Source of the DNA: Mizuhopecten yessoensis
Taxonomy: Eukaryota
Assembly: GCF_002113885.1 (NCBI RefSeq)
Contig: NW_018408494.1
Coordinates: 319,316-383,315, forward strand
Length of the DNA: 64,000 nt
Direction of reading: 5' to 3'
A program made the position numbers and the translations under genes. Under the pieces are notes generated by a model, which made no database searches, was not told where the DNA came from, and worked only from the letters and a program-made list of their open reading frames with translations. Numbering within the stretch: position 1 is the first letter of the stretch; the number at the start of each line of letters is the position of its first letter. This document shows, in pieces, positions 37,728-50,100 of this stretch.

Positions 37728-38067
37728 TGATAGCTGAGTTGGTTAGAGCTTCCATCTAAAACTTAAATTTGGAGCTCGAGGTCTTTGGTTTAAATCTCAG
37801 TCTGGCCCAGTCACATGTTCCCTAGCTGCTTCCTGTTAAAGTTGTGCCTGTGTTCAGCAGTTGTTTAAATCCCTAAGCCAGTGTTATAAAAAAAAAAAAA
37901 TCTTTGGTTGAATATTTAGATTACGTGTGTAGTGGGACTGGCCGGGTCCGGTGACTACTGGTGATTACCTGTAGGTAGCTTACGACACTCGGTCTAGTAA
38001 GTCTGAGGTCCGGTGTTCGAATCCTGTTCTGGCCCCAAAACATTTTTCTACTCCTTTTATATTTACA
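37728..38067 (+). mobile_element. Two degenerate tRNA-like LTR/SINE-type copies
   Basis: tagctgagttggttagagc...ggtttaaatctc and tgtagtgggactgg...gttcgaatcc..ctggcc, similar to 58363-58490. Confidence 0.45.
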
Positions 38068-38171
38068 AACATGGTGTCAATAGTCTATGATTGTCCATTC
38101 CTAGTCATTTACCTTGTCAGAGTCTGGTATTGATCACATGTATAATGTTTGAGGATTATTTGTACTTGTAG

Positions 38172-39977
38172 GCGACAGAAGAGCAGTTCATTCGAGAATT
38201 ACATTGGTGTATTGAACAACTTCATCTTGGACTGGAAACACAGAATCCGGATTCCAAACAAGGTAAGATACAATTTCACGATATTATACGCTAGCCCCAT
38301 ATACTCAAGACTTATTAACAAATATATAATTACCAGGGAAAATGAGATCTAACATCCACTTGTGAATGTTCAGTGAAGTTCTGAATACCCCAGTTGATGT
38401 ATTCCTAAATGGAATTTACTAGTCTTGTCACAAGAGTAAGGGAAAGTAAAAAATAAACCAGACAACATCGAATTGGGAATATTGGCGAATTTAATCTAGT
38501 TATGTTTAGGCCCACTGGCTAGTGAATATACCTTTACATTGAAATCAATAAAAATTTAAGTATTTCTTTTATCAAGAGCAGCATCACCAAGCTGACGATC
38601 ATGAGCTATGTATGCTTCCTTCCCTTTTGTTTTGATGTCTTGTTGGTTGATAAAACTTAAGTACCTTGGCATATTTGGTTTCTGGTCTCCACTTTTCACT
38701 TTTAGTTCATATAGAAATAAGCTACATCTGGCCATGGTTTTACAAACCTTTCCCATTGCAGCTCGAGAAGCACAGAAGGTACTTAAGATTCTCTGTAGTG
38801 ACAAGGCTGCAGTGATCAAGAAGAGACAGGCCATGAGGAATACGTTTGGTGACTACCGACAGAAGATGCTCAATGCAGAGAAAAAAAGTGCCGCAAGTAT
38901 GTCAATATTCATATATAAAATTTGTTCAACATTTTGCCCCTGTGAACTTGTGCCATAGGACAACATGCCATAGCACCACATTCTTTGTAATTATCTGCCA
39001 AGCATCAACTTTTTATACCCCTTCTTTGACAAGCTCAGGGGTAAAAAGTACATTTGTATTTGCTTTGTCCATGCTTCCATCCATGCAGACCTTTGTTACA
39101 GGAGCATATCTCAGGTATGGTTTCATGAATGAGCATCAAACTTTGTATTTAGGTACGTGACTCGGAAAGGTGGTGTGTCGCATCCAAATACAAGGTCACC
39201 CTGACCTCAATTTGACCTTTGACCTTTACCTTAGCTAAATGTTATTCAGGTTTCTACCGTATACCTTAGCTACTGTTTCACTTAAAAGATATGCGGGGAG
39301 TAAGGGTTTTCTGTAAAGCAATGCTTCAAGTTCAACCTAGTTACTTTTAAATGACAAACCAAGTGGTCCACTGGGTCCTAATAGTTAGCCAGTAGTGAGC
39401 TTAGGGTAAGGGCTATATAGTTTATACTATGAATAACTTCAATCTAATTTCAAGGCCACAGGGATACAATCTTTTTAAAATTCAGACCTCTCAAGCACTA
39501 CAAAGGCCTGCAGGGACATGTTATCTAGCCTTATGCATTTATTTTTTATGCAGTATATCCTTTGTAAAGAATGTATTTCTCTCTCCAACAGCATTAAAGA
39601 AAACAAAGATGACACCTAAAGCTGACAGCAGTAGTTCTGTCTTCTACAAGAAAAGTGCTAGCACCCAGTACAATAGACAATCAGGTGATGAACCATCATC
39701 TATGGGAGATAACTGTGAAGAAATGGGGGACAACTCTATGAAAAGTATTGAAGACGATGTATCTGAAAGACTTGGAAATTTCACTTTCGTCAAATCGGAT
39801 GAAAATTTTACATTTGGTTTTCAATCGCCAGAAAAATCATCTGTGAATGATTTGGACACTGAAAACAGTAAGAAAGACAGTGCGATTGGTAGTCAATGTG
39901 GATCATTAGCAGCCGAAACTTTTGTTCTGCAGAAAACGGACAATTCTTTCAGATTTAATTTTGCAGGTCCCTCATGA
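38172..39977 (+). CDS. C8orf33: UPF0488 / C8orf33-like protein; first exon uncertain (candidate 37181-37222)
   Basis: Exons 38172-38262, 38762-38896 and 39592-39977 are phase-consistent. EEQFIRELHWCIEQLHLGL, LKILCSDKAAVIKKRQAMRNTFGDYRQKM and the C-terminal SFRFNF are the conserved blocks of this family. Confidence 0.82.
39010..39342 (-). mobile_element. HINE-like interspersed repeat (intronic)
   Basis: tttttatacccc..ggggta hairpin end, ccat-type microsatellite, tgacctttgacc motifs and ..acctagtt end. Confidence 0.4.
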
Positions 39978-41152
39978 AGATGAAGCTTTTTTCATTGAGA
40001 CTTGTTTCATCGGTTATGTAAACTGTCATTCTATACCGTGTAATGTCCGAGGACTTACAAACCCAGCTTCATCTCTCGCTAAATGTTGGTGTTTGGATAG
40101 TTTCCACAACTTAACAAACATAACACTACTAAGCTTGTGTAAAATATTGATGAATAAATTCTAAGTGAGATTACAATATCTGTTTAAGTGTGATTAATCC
40201 ACGACTAGAAAAAACTAATACCGGTAAGCACAGAATCAAATTATGAACATTTTTATTTCTTTTTTCATAGTGTTTGGTAGTTGGTACAGAGGGGTAACCA
40301 TTATGTAGAATAAAATATGACATTCTCTGATTAAAAGTCAATATGTAGTCAATGTGCTGGACACCTACATCATTTTATTTCATGTTATCTAGAGATTGAA
40401 TGACGAGGTTTTTATCAATAAAATGGTTTTGTTTTAACCCTTTCACCCCTGTGTAACTTTAATAGACTCTACCATGTATTGATATGGATGAGTCCTTTGT
40501 GGTCTACAGTGGTGAAAGGGTTAAGGTAAACAAAAAAAATATATTAACATAGCATGTGTTTTGAATTTACATAAAATAAATATTTATCTTTATAACATAT
40601 TCAAAGCATGTTTTGTGTATCGTACTAACAACAACACATAGGTTTCTGGTTGTATATTGACTATACATAAGACACCATCTATCAGAAAATATCACAGAAT
40701 AGTTGCAGTTGTTGGCTTATCACAGTAACACAGAGTTCTCATTTGTTTAAACTTTTACTGTAACTTCAGTTTTGGGGTGGTCAAAGACTTCCACTCACAA
40801 TTGTCCATCAATGTAGGCTCAATATTTGCCTATAGATGTAGACTTAAATGCCTATATTTAACAAAGTAATTCAATAATGTTTTTACTTTGAAAGGTAAAA
40901 GGTTTATGTCAAAAAACATCTTTTGAAATCAATAATCACTGTAAGATATTTAAGATACCTTTTAAAATATTAACAATATTGGAAAATTAAATTGTTTTAC
41001 AAAAAAAGTATTTCATTATTTCTCTCATACTGATTTGTCCATTACTTTCAAGGTAATAGTGCAAAGGATACAACCAATGAAATACATTTTTATAAAATCA
41101 CAAATCATAGAGACACTTTGATGTTAAGATAATTTCAGATTGAATGTTCAGA

Positions 41153-44100
41153 TCAGTACACAGTCAGGTTTTTCATGATGACAACATCGGAGCCGCGAGG
41201 ATTCTTGCCCCTTGGCTGCCAGGATGGGACATCACTGCCGTAGTTGGGAGCCCAGTAATAATGGCGGCGGATCTGATTACTGAGTTCACACAGCTTAGTA
41301 ACACCATCCACAACATAGGCTTGTATATCAGTGTTCTCTGGCTTCAACCGTCCACTCTCCAGCAAACTGGCAAAGGCCTGGAAAACAAACAACAGTATCA
41401 ATTAATCTGGGTATCTCATTAATATCCTCTTTCAAATTCATTAAAATCAGCCAAATATTATTCACTGTTGTGGGAAAAAAAATACCGGTAGCATAACTCA
41501 CTCATGTTGAAATAACAAAACAGCAAATATGAAATCTTATCCAGATTTAGATTTTCTGTGCTATATTATATATAGCATGCTTGCCAACGCTCCCTATTTA
41601 GATGGAAGACTCCTGATTTTGGACCCTGAAATTTAATGTTGCCAGCCAGTGAATTTGCTGGACTATTCCTATATTCTAAGATATAATAATTTCATCTGAA
41701 AGAACAACTCAAAGTATGTCATTTTAATCTAAATGGTTATTTTGTCCCTAAGGGTATATAGACACATTTTATTTATGTTTTTAATTGGGAGCACACAGAA
41801 TCTCCCCCATGAAAATCTCAAAAGTAGTTAAGTAGGTTACTGTACATGATCATCTACACTGTAAGTTGGTGTACAATGTTGACTTTTGTTAATGACACAG
41901 CAACAACTTACAATACAGGCAGGTTCTTCCAGCTTGTTTCCCCAGATGAATATACTGGTAAGGGTTGTGTTGGTCTTCATGGCGTCGGCCAGGGCACACA
42001 GGCCCTTGTTTCCAATGCCATTACTTGCCACCACCAAACTACAGATGTACATTGAATACATAAGGATGGTTCACAATCAAATAATTCCACAAGTTATTTC
42101 AAACCAATGAATTAAAATATTATTCCACAAAAGGTAAATTGTCTGTGTATCAGTACAGTCACCCTAGATACTCCAGGGGTAACCGTTACGCTCACTTTCG
42201 CTCTCTGCACCCCTGGAATATGATAACCAAATTGAAGGCATGCAGCTTGCTATTTGATTGTTCTCGGGTAAAAGAAAACCTGACCAATTGCTAAACCAGT
42301 CACTTTTACCGTTACGCGACCGGCAGATTCTTCTGATGTACATCAAAGGATCAAACTAGCCTTCTCGTCTCACCTACAAGATGATGCACACTGCACTAGT
42401 CTTCTCGTCTCACCTACAAGGTGATGCACACTGCACTAGTCTTCTCGTTCCACCTACAAGATGATGCACACTGCACTAGTCTTCTCGTCTCACCTACAAC
42501 ATGATGCACACTGCACTAGTCTTCTCGTCTCACCGACAACATGATGCACACTGCACTAGTCTTCTCGTCTCACCAACAAGGTGATGCACACTGCGCCTTT
42601 TATTTTGCCATGACATATTCTAGGGTTGCAGAGAGTGAAAGTCACACTGCACTAGTCTTCTCGTCTCACTTACAAGGTGATGCACACTGCACTAGTCTTC
42701 TCGTTCCACCTACAAGATGATGCACACTGCACTAGTCTTCTAGTCTCACCTACAAGGTGATGCACACTGCACTAGTATTCTCGTCTCACCTACAAGATTA
42801 CACACTGCACTAGGGTTCTCGTCTCACCTAGAAGATTACACACTGCACTAGTCTTCTCGTCTCACCCACAAGATTACGCACTGCACTAGTCTTCTCGTCT
42901 CACCTACAAGGGGATGCACACTGCACTAGTCTTCTCGTCTCACTTACAAGGCGATGCACACTGCACTAGTCTTCTCGTTCCACCTACAAGATGATTCACA
43001 CTGCACTAGTCTTCTCGTCTCACCTACAAGATGAGGCACACTGCACTAGTCTTCTCGGCCCACCTACAAGGTGATGCACACTGCACTAGTCTTCGCGTCT
43101 CACCTACAAGATTACACACTGCACTAGTCTTCTCGTCTCACCCACAAGATTACGCACTGCACTAGTCTTCTCGTCTCACCTACAAGATTACACACTGCAC
43201 TAGTCTTCTCGTCTCACCCACAAGGTGATGCACACTGCACTAGTCTTCTCGTCTCCCCTACAAGATGATGCACACTGCACTAGTCTTCTCGTCTCGCCTA
43301 CAAGGTGATGCACACTGCACTAGTCTTCTCGTTCCACCTACAAGATGATGCACACTGCACTAGGCTTCTCGTCTCACCTACAAGGTGATGCACACTGAAC
43401 TAGTCTTCTCGTCTCCCCTACAAGGTGATGCACACTGCACTAGTCTTCTCGTTCCACCTACAAGATGATTCACACTGCACTAGTCTTCTCGTCTCACCTA
43501 CAACATGATGCACACTGCACTAGTCTTCTCGTCTCACCAACAAGGTGATGCACACTGCGCCTTTTATTTTGCCATGACATATTCTAGGGTTGCAGAGAGT
43601 GAAAGTCACACTGCACTAGTCTTCTCGTCTCACTTACAAGGCGATGCACACTGCACTAGTCTTCTCGTTCCACCTACAAGATGATTCACACTGCACTAGT
43701 CTTCTCGTCTCACCTACAAGCTGATGCACACTGCACTAGTCTTCTCGTCTCACCAACAAGGTGATGCACACTGCGCCTTTTATTTTGCCATGACATATTC
43801 TAGGGTTGCAGAGAGTGAAAGTCACACTGCACTAGTCTTCTCGTCTCACTTACAAGGCGATGCACACTGCACTAGTCTTCTCGTCTCACTTACAAGGCGA
43901 TGCACACTGCACTAGTCTTCTCGTTCCACCTACAAGATGATTCACACTGCACTAGTCTTCTCGTCTCACCTACAACATGATGCACACTGCACTAGTCTTC
44001 TCGTCTCACCTATAAGGTGATGCACACTGCACTAGTCTTCTCGTCTCCCCTACAAGATGATGCACACTGCACTAGTCTTCTCGTCTCACCTACAAGGTGA

Positions 44101-47100
44101 TGCACACTGCGCCTTTTATTTTGCCATGACATATTCTAGGGTTGCAGAGAGTGAAAGTGATCTTAAACCTGGAGTAGTGAGGATGATGTACAGTAAAAAA
44201 CCTGTCTAATTGGTGCCTGAATATTTGAACATCTCGTCATATCGTATATGATATATATTGATAATACTTAGTCTAGTGTAGTGTTTGGAGTTCTGGCCTC
44301 TGTCAAATAAAACACCCAGATAATACTTACGTCTCTAGTGTAGTGTTATAGGTGGCTATAGCCTCTGCCAAGTGCATAGCACCATCATCTTCCAGTCTGT
44401 TGAACCCTAGATCAAGGATTTTGATGGATGTGTTGTTCTTCAAAACTTTGGCAAGTTCTTTTGTCCCATCTCGGGTGATTCTATTGCTATAAAAAAAAAC
44501 CAGTTCTAACAAAAGTGATCAATAAAACAAAGTTCAAATAAAGAATATTTTTTTAGAAAAGTAAATTATGCCACAAAGAAGTTTGGAATGTCTTTCAAAT
44601 GATTTTGAGAAATTTCAGTGAGAAGTCAAAACATAAATTTCATCATGAAGGGCTCACCAGCTGAGATCTAGATAGTTGAAAGTCATATTAGCCATCAAAT
44701 TTTCAGCCAATCGTGTCGCTCCAAAATCTCTCATATCATATTTCTGTAGATGGAGTTCTTCTATTGATGTATTCACCTGGAAAGATATGAAAAATACAGA
44801 CACAGATATGTAGGCATTATGCTCTAAAAGGCAGTGTAACATGAAGTATGCTAACGTTATAACAGCCATTTTAATTATCACTTTATTTAAATGTGAGGTA
44901 AACAGTCTTTTAAGATTCTAAACAGTCGAAGAATTGGAAAGAATACAAGAGTGAAGTCAAAACGTTTCGTCATAATCAGTAATAAGACATACTGGTCAAG
45001 AGCAATGAAACCTATAAGAGGTTATAGGAGATAACGGGGGTGAGGAAATCTCCAATGGTTACGGAGGGAGTGAGGAAACCTATAAGAGGTTATAGGAGAT
45101 AACAGGGGTGAGGAAATCTCCAATGGTTACGGAAGGAGTGAGGAAACCTATAGAGGTTATAGGAGATAACGGGGGTGAGGAAATCTCCAATGGTTACGGA
45201 GGAGTGAGGAAATCTATAGAGGTTATAGGAGATAACAGGGGTGAGGAAATCTCCAATGGTTACGGAAGGAGTGAGGAAACCTATAGAGGTTATAGGAGAT
45301 AAAAGGGGTGAGGAAATCTCCAATGGTTACGGAGGAGTGAGGAAATCTATAGAGATTATAGGAGATAACAGGGGTGAGGAAATCTCCAATGGTTACGGAG
45401 GGAGTGAGGAAACCTATAGTGGTTAAGGGAGAAGACAGCTGTAATGAAATCTATGGGGTTCTTATAAAAGAACATCTAATATCCACTTCTAATTAAAATT
45501 CCTTGCAGTCAATATAAGACAATGATTTCTTACTTTGAGCATCTTAGCAAAGTGGACAGTTGTCTCCTCCTGACAGCTGAAAATGAGGGGTCTGTTTACA
45601 TTGAGTGCCTTCAGGGTACTGTTTCTGAAGAGTACTGTGGGGAGTGCAATAACTGCTTCAATCGTCTGAAACACAAAGATCAGAAGTATGATTTGATTAT
45701 CGTATGTTACAAGATCATCCGCAAAAAAATCATAGCCTCAAACAAGATTACAGCACACTATCAATATTTTATACACTAAGATACAAAGAACAATACCTTA
45801 TTATTTATGTTTTTGATACATTATCATAAAATCACACATAGTATTATACAGAGGTAATGGTGGTGTTGTGGTTACTGTGAATGGAATTTCTCCATTTGAA
45901 AAAGTAATGAAAATTGTCTTTATTCGTTGTTAATGTTTCATCTTGCATATTAAATCAATAAACATAATATTCATCATCACACTAGTTACTAGAGTATGTT
46001 GATACGAAAATTTGAAATATGTCATTATTGTACCATGTCTTACATTCTATATAATTATATACACACAGCAAATTTTAAATTTTGGATCAACAACAAACTC
46101 ACAATATATGGTACCAAGTTACTTTGGCAAAATACCGGTGACTCAATCCAATACACATTGCCGAAACACTATGCTTGGAGGTAAAAACAAAACAATAATA
46201 AATTGACTTCTTTATTTATAATTAATATTTAAAGTGGTTTCAATACCAGGTATAATTCAAACATTATCTGCTTAATTCCTCAGAGAAAATTAAAAAAAAG
46301 ACGGGTCTTGGGACTCTATACTATTCAACACATCTCCAGTCTCACCAGGTCTAGAGCCTCTACTATTTGATACTTACCATGTCGGTATCTCCCAGGTCTA
46401 GAGCCTCTTCTATTTGATACTTACCATGCCGGTATCACCCAGGTCTAGAGCATCTACTATTTGATACTTCCCATGTCGGTATCACCCTGGTCTAGAGCCT
46501 CTACTATTTGAAATTTACCATGTCGGTATCACCCTGGTCTAGAGCCTCTACTATTTGATACTTACCATGTCGGTATCACCCAGGTCTAGAGTCTCTAAGA
46601 TTTGATACTTACCATGTCAGTATCACCCAGGTCTAGAGCCTCTACTATTTGATACTTACCATGTCGGTATCACCCAGGTCTAGAGCCTCTAAGATTTTGT
46701 TTACTTGTAACATCTGGGCAAAACACATTCCTCCTCTGTTCCCAATCTTGTTTCCATTTAATCTCAGCACTCGCAAACTCTCATTTTTCTGAAGACAAAA
46801 ACAGCAATGGTAGCCATACAAAATTAAACTTTCGTACATATGGCATCTACACACCATACTTCACATACAAAATTAAACTTTTGTACATATGGCATCTACA
46901 CACCATACTTCACATACAAAACAATCCTATCTTTCAACTTATGGATTAATTTCTCCACTTAATACATATTGCATGGATTAATTTCTCCACTTAATACATA
47001 TTGCATGGATTAATTTCTCCACTTAATACATATTGCATGGATTAATTTCTCCACTTAATACATATTGCATGGATTAATTTCTCCACTTAATACATATTGC

Positions 47101-50100
47101 ATGGATTAATTTCTCCACTTAATACATATTGCATGGATTAATTTCTCCACTTAATACATATTGCATGGATTAATTTCTCCACTTAATACATATTGCATGG
47201 ATTAATTTCTCCACTTAATACATATTGCATGGATTAATTTCTCCACTTAATACATATTGCATGGATTAATTTCTCCACTTAATACATATTGCATGGATTA
47301 ATTTCTCCACTTAATACATATTGCATGGATTAATTTCTCCACTTAATACATATTGCATGGATTAATTTCTCCACTTAATACATATTGCATGGATTAATTT
47401 CTCCACTTAATACATATTGCAAGAATAAAACCTTTTTTGGATAAAAATCTCTGTAGAACTATTTATATGTCGGAGTATATACACATTTTATCAAAGTGTA
47501 GAGAGAATTGCATAAATTGTGGTTTCTTTTGCAGAGTTGAGCAATGGTTGGATGCATCAAAGAGGCATTTGTTAGATCTCTATACAAATACCTAGAGTAT
47601 AACATAGAAAATATATAACAACATTATGGTAATATTACAGCAACAACAGTCTAATGTATAATAACAGTATAATGTATAATAACAGTATAATGTATAATTA
47701 CAGTATAATAACAGTCTAATGTATAACAACAGTATAATGTATAATTACAGTATAATGTATAATAACAGTATAATGTTTAATTACAGTATAATGTATAATA
47801 ACAGTATTATGTATAATAACAGTATAATGTATAATTACAGTATAACGTATAATAAAAGTATAATGTATAACAACAGTATAATGTATAATTACAGTATAAT
47901 GTATAATAACAGTATAATGTAATAATGTATAATTACAGTATAATGTATAATTACAGTATAATGTATAATTACAGTATAATATATAATTACAGTATAAGGG
48001 CAGTATGAATGCAGTAAAAGTACAGTATAATGTATAATTACAGTATAATGTATAATTACAGTATAATGTATAATTACAGTGTAAGTGCAGTATGAATGCA
48101 GCGAAAGTACAGTATAATGTATAATTACAGTATTATACAGTATAATGTATAATTACAGTATTATACAGTATAATGTATAATAACAGTATAATGTATAGCT
48201 ACAGTATAATGTATAATTACAGTATAATGTATAATTACAGTATAATGTATAATTACAGTTTAAAGTATAATTACAGTTTAATGTATAATTACAGTATAAG
48301 TGCAGTAGGAATGCATTATAAGACTAAGTATGTTTGATATGTGGTATGACTATTTTGTAGTATAGGTTATTTATAAATACTAAGTACATACATGTAAGGC
48401 CTTGGCGATTGCCTCCGCTCCCTCCGACTCAATGTCATTACACATCAGATTCAAATACTTCAGAGTCACCGTCTCCTACAAGCAAATATAATAAAGACAA
48501 TAAAAAACTGTATTACTCCAGGTAACTCTTAAAACTGTATTGCTCCAGGTAACTCTTGAAACTGTATTACTCCAGGTAACTCTTGAAACTGTATTACTCC
48601 AGGTAACTCTTAAAACTGTATTACTCCAGGTAACTCTTCTACAAGGATCTTGGTGGCAAAGTATGAAAGCAGTCAAAATATATACAAGGTAGAACTATAT
48701 CTCACAAGGTAGATTTATTATATATATTAGTCTTATCCCATCATCAGGTGAATTTACTCTCCTCACCAACCTCTGCAATTTGGCAATAAGTTCAGTCTTT
48801 ATTACAGATGAGGTGTGTTTAATTTGCCTTCATTATAGGAGTGACCTACCTCGTTGGTGCTATTAGTCCATTTTTCAATTTTTATTTTTTTATTTTTTTA
48901 AATAACCCAAAAAGTACCTGTGCTTTATACACTAGCGTGCACAATACGCAAATATTTACGGTATTACTAAATCAACAGGTAGATTTTCTTCATGTCTTAT
49001 CCAATCATCAGGTGAATTTACTCCTCACAGATCTCAAGCAATTTGGTGACAAGTTTAGTCTTTATTACAGATGAGATGTGACTTACCTCGAGCAGTTTTG
49101 CAATATGTTTTGCACCCACACTTGTGAGGTTATTGTAGCGGAGGTCCAGACCGTCGACGTATGTATTGTTACACAGAGTTTTATACAGAGCCTCTGCATC
49201 ACTGTCCACCAGACGTTTGTCCGTCAGCAGCTTGTTGTTCCCGGCCAGGTACAGGTCCATAGACTCCTTAAATTCACTGTAATTTACAATCATCATTATT
49301 ATAAGTCACAGTAGACTTTTACAAGATACCATAGAGCTTACATGTGACTTAATGTAACAAATTGCTATAACACACAGTCATCAACATACAATTTTGCTGG
49401 AATTGATTCCAACTTACTATCATGTGGCTTTACACTAGAAATGGCATAACTAGCATGTACATAGGTTTAAAAGGTAATATACTGTAATACAAATCAATCT
49501 CATTTTAATGAAAACTGAATGGCAAATTATGAATTAGGGATACATTATACTAACAGGAATGATATGGATATAAATTTAATGAATTTTAATAATATTGTAT
49601 GACTAGTGAGTAGCTATCAGCCTAACTATATGTAATTAGAATAATTTTGAGTTAATTTATGAGATCCAAACTTATTACAGGAATCAAATATTTTTAATAA
49701 TCGCAAATCTGTCAGAAAACAAATGCAGGTTCGAGATTGTTCACATTCGGAAAGAGCTGAATTTTAACAGGATGTTGATCACAAAGATATTATTTAGAGG
49801 ACAAAAGATATACAATTGTGAGGAAAAGGAATGTAATGTTTAGGGTGCATTTATGCACAGAAGTTGTAAATAGAGTGACATGTATCAGGACAACACAGAA
49901 CAGACATCAGGTAAAGTCGGTCAGTTACTGTAAGTGGCAATGGTGACAGGAGACTGAAAGAGCAGCACAAGAAAATCTAAAATGGGAATTGCTCAAAATA
50001 CAAATTCTTTAAAACCTGTTTTCTCTTAAATTGTGGGCTATCTAAACATTTTACAATGTTTGAATTAATCCTGTCTTTGTAATGTGTACATAAGGGTCAG

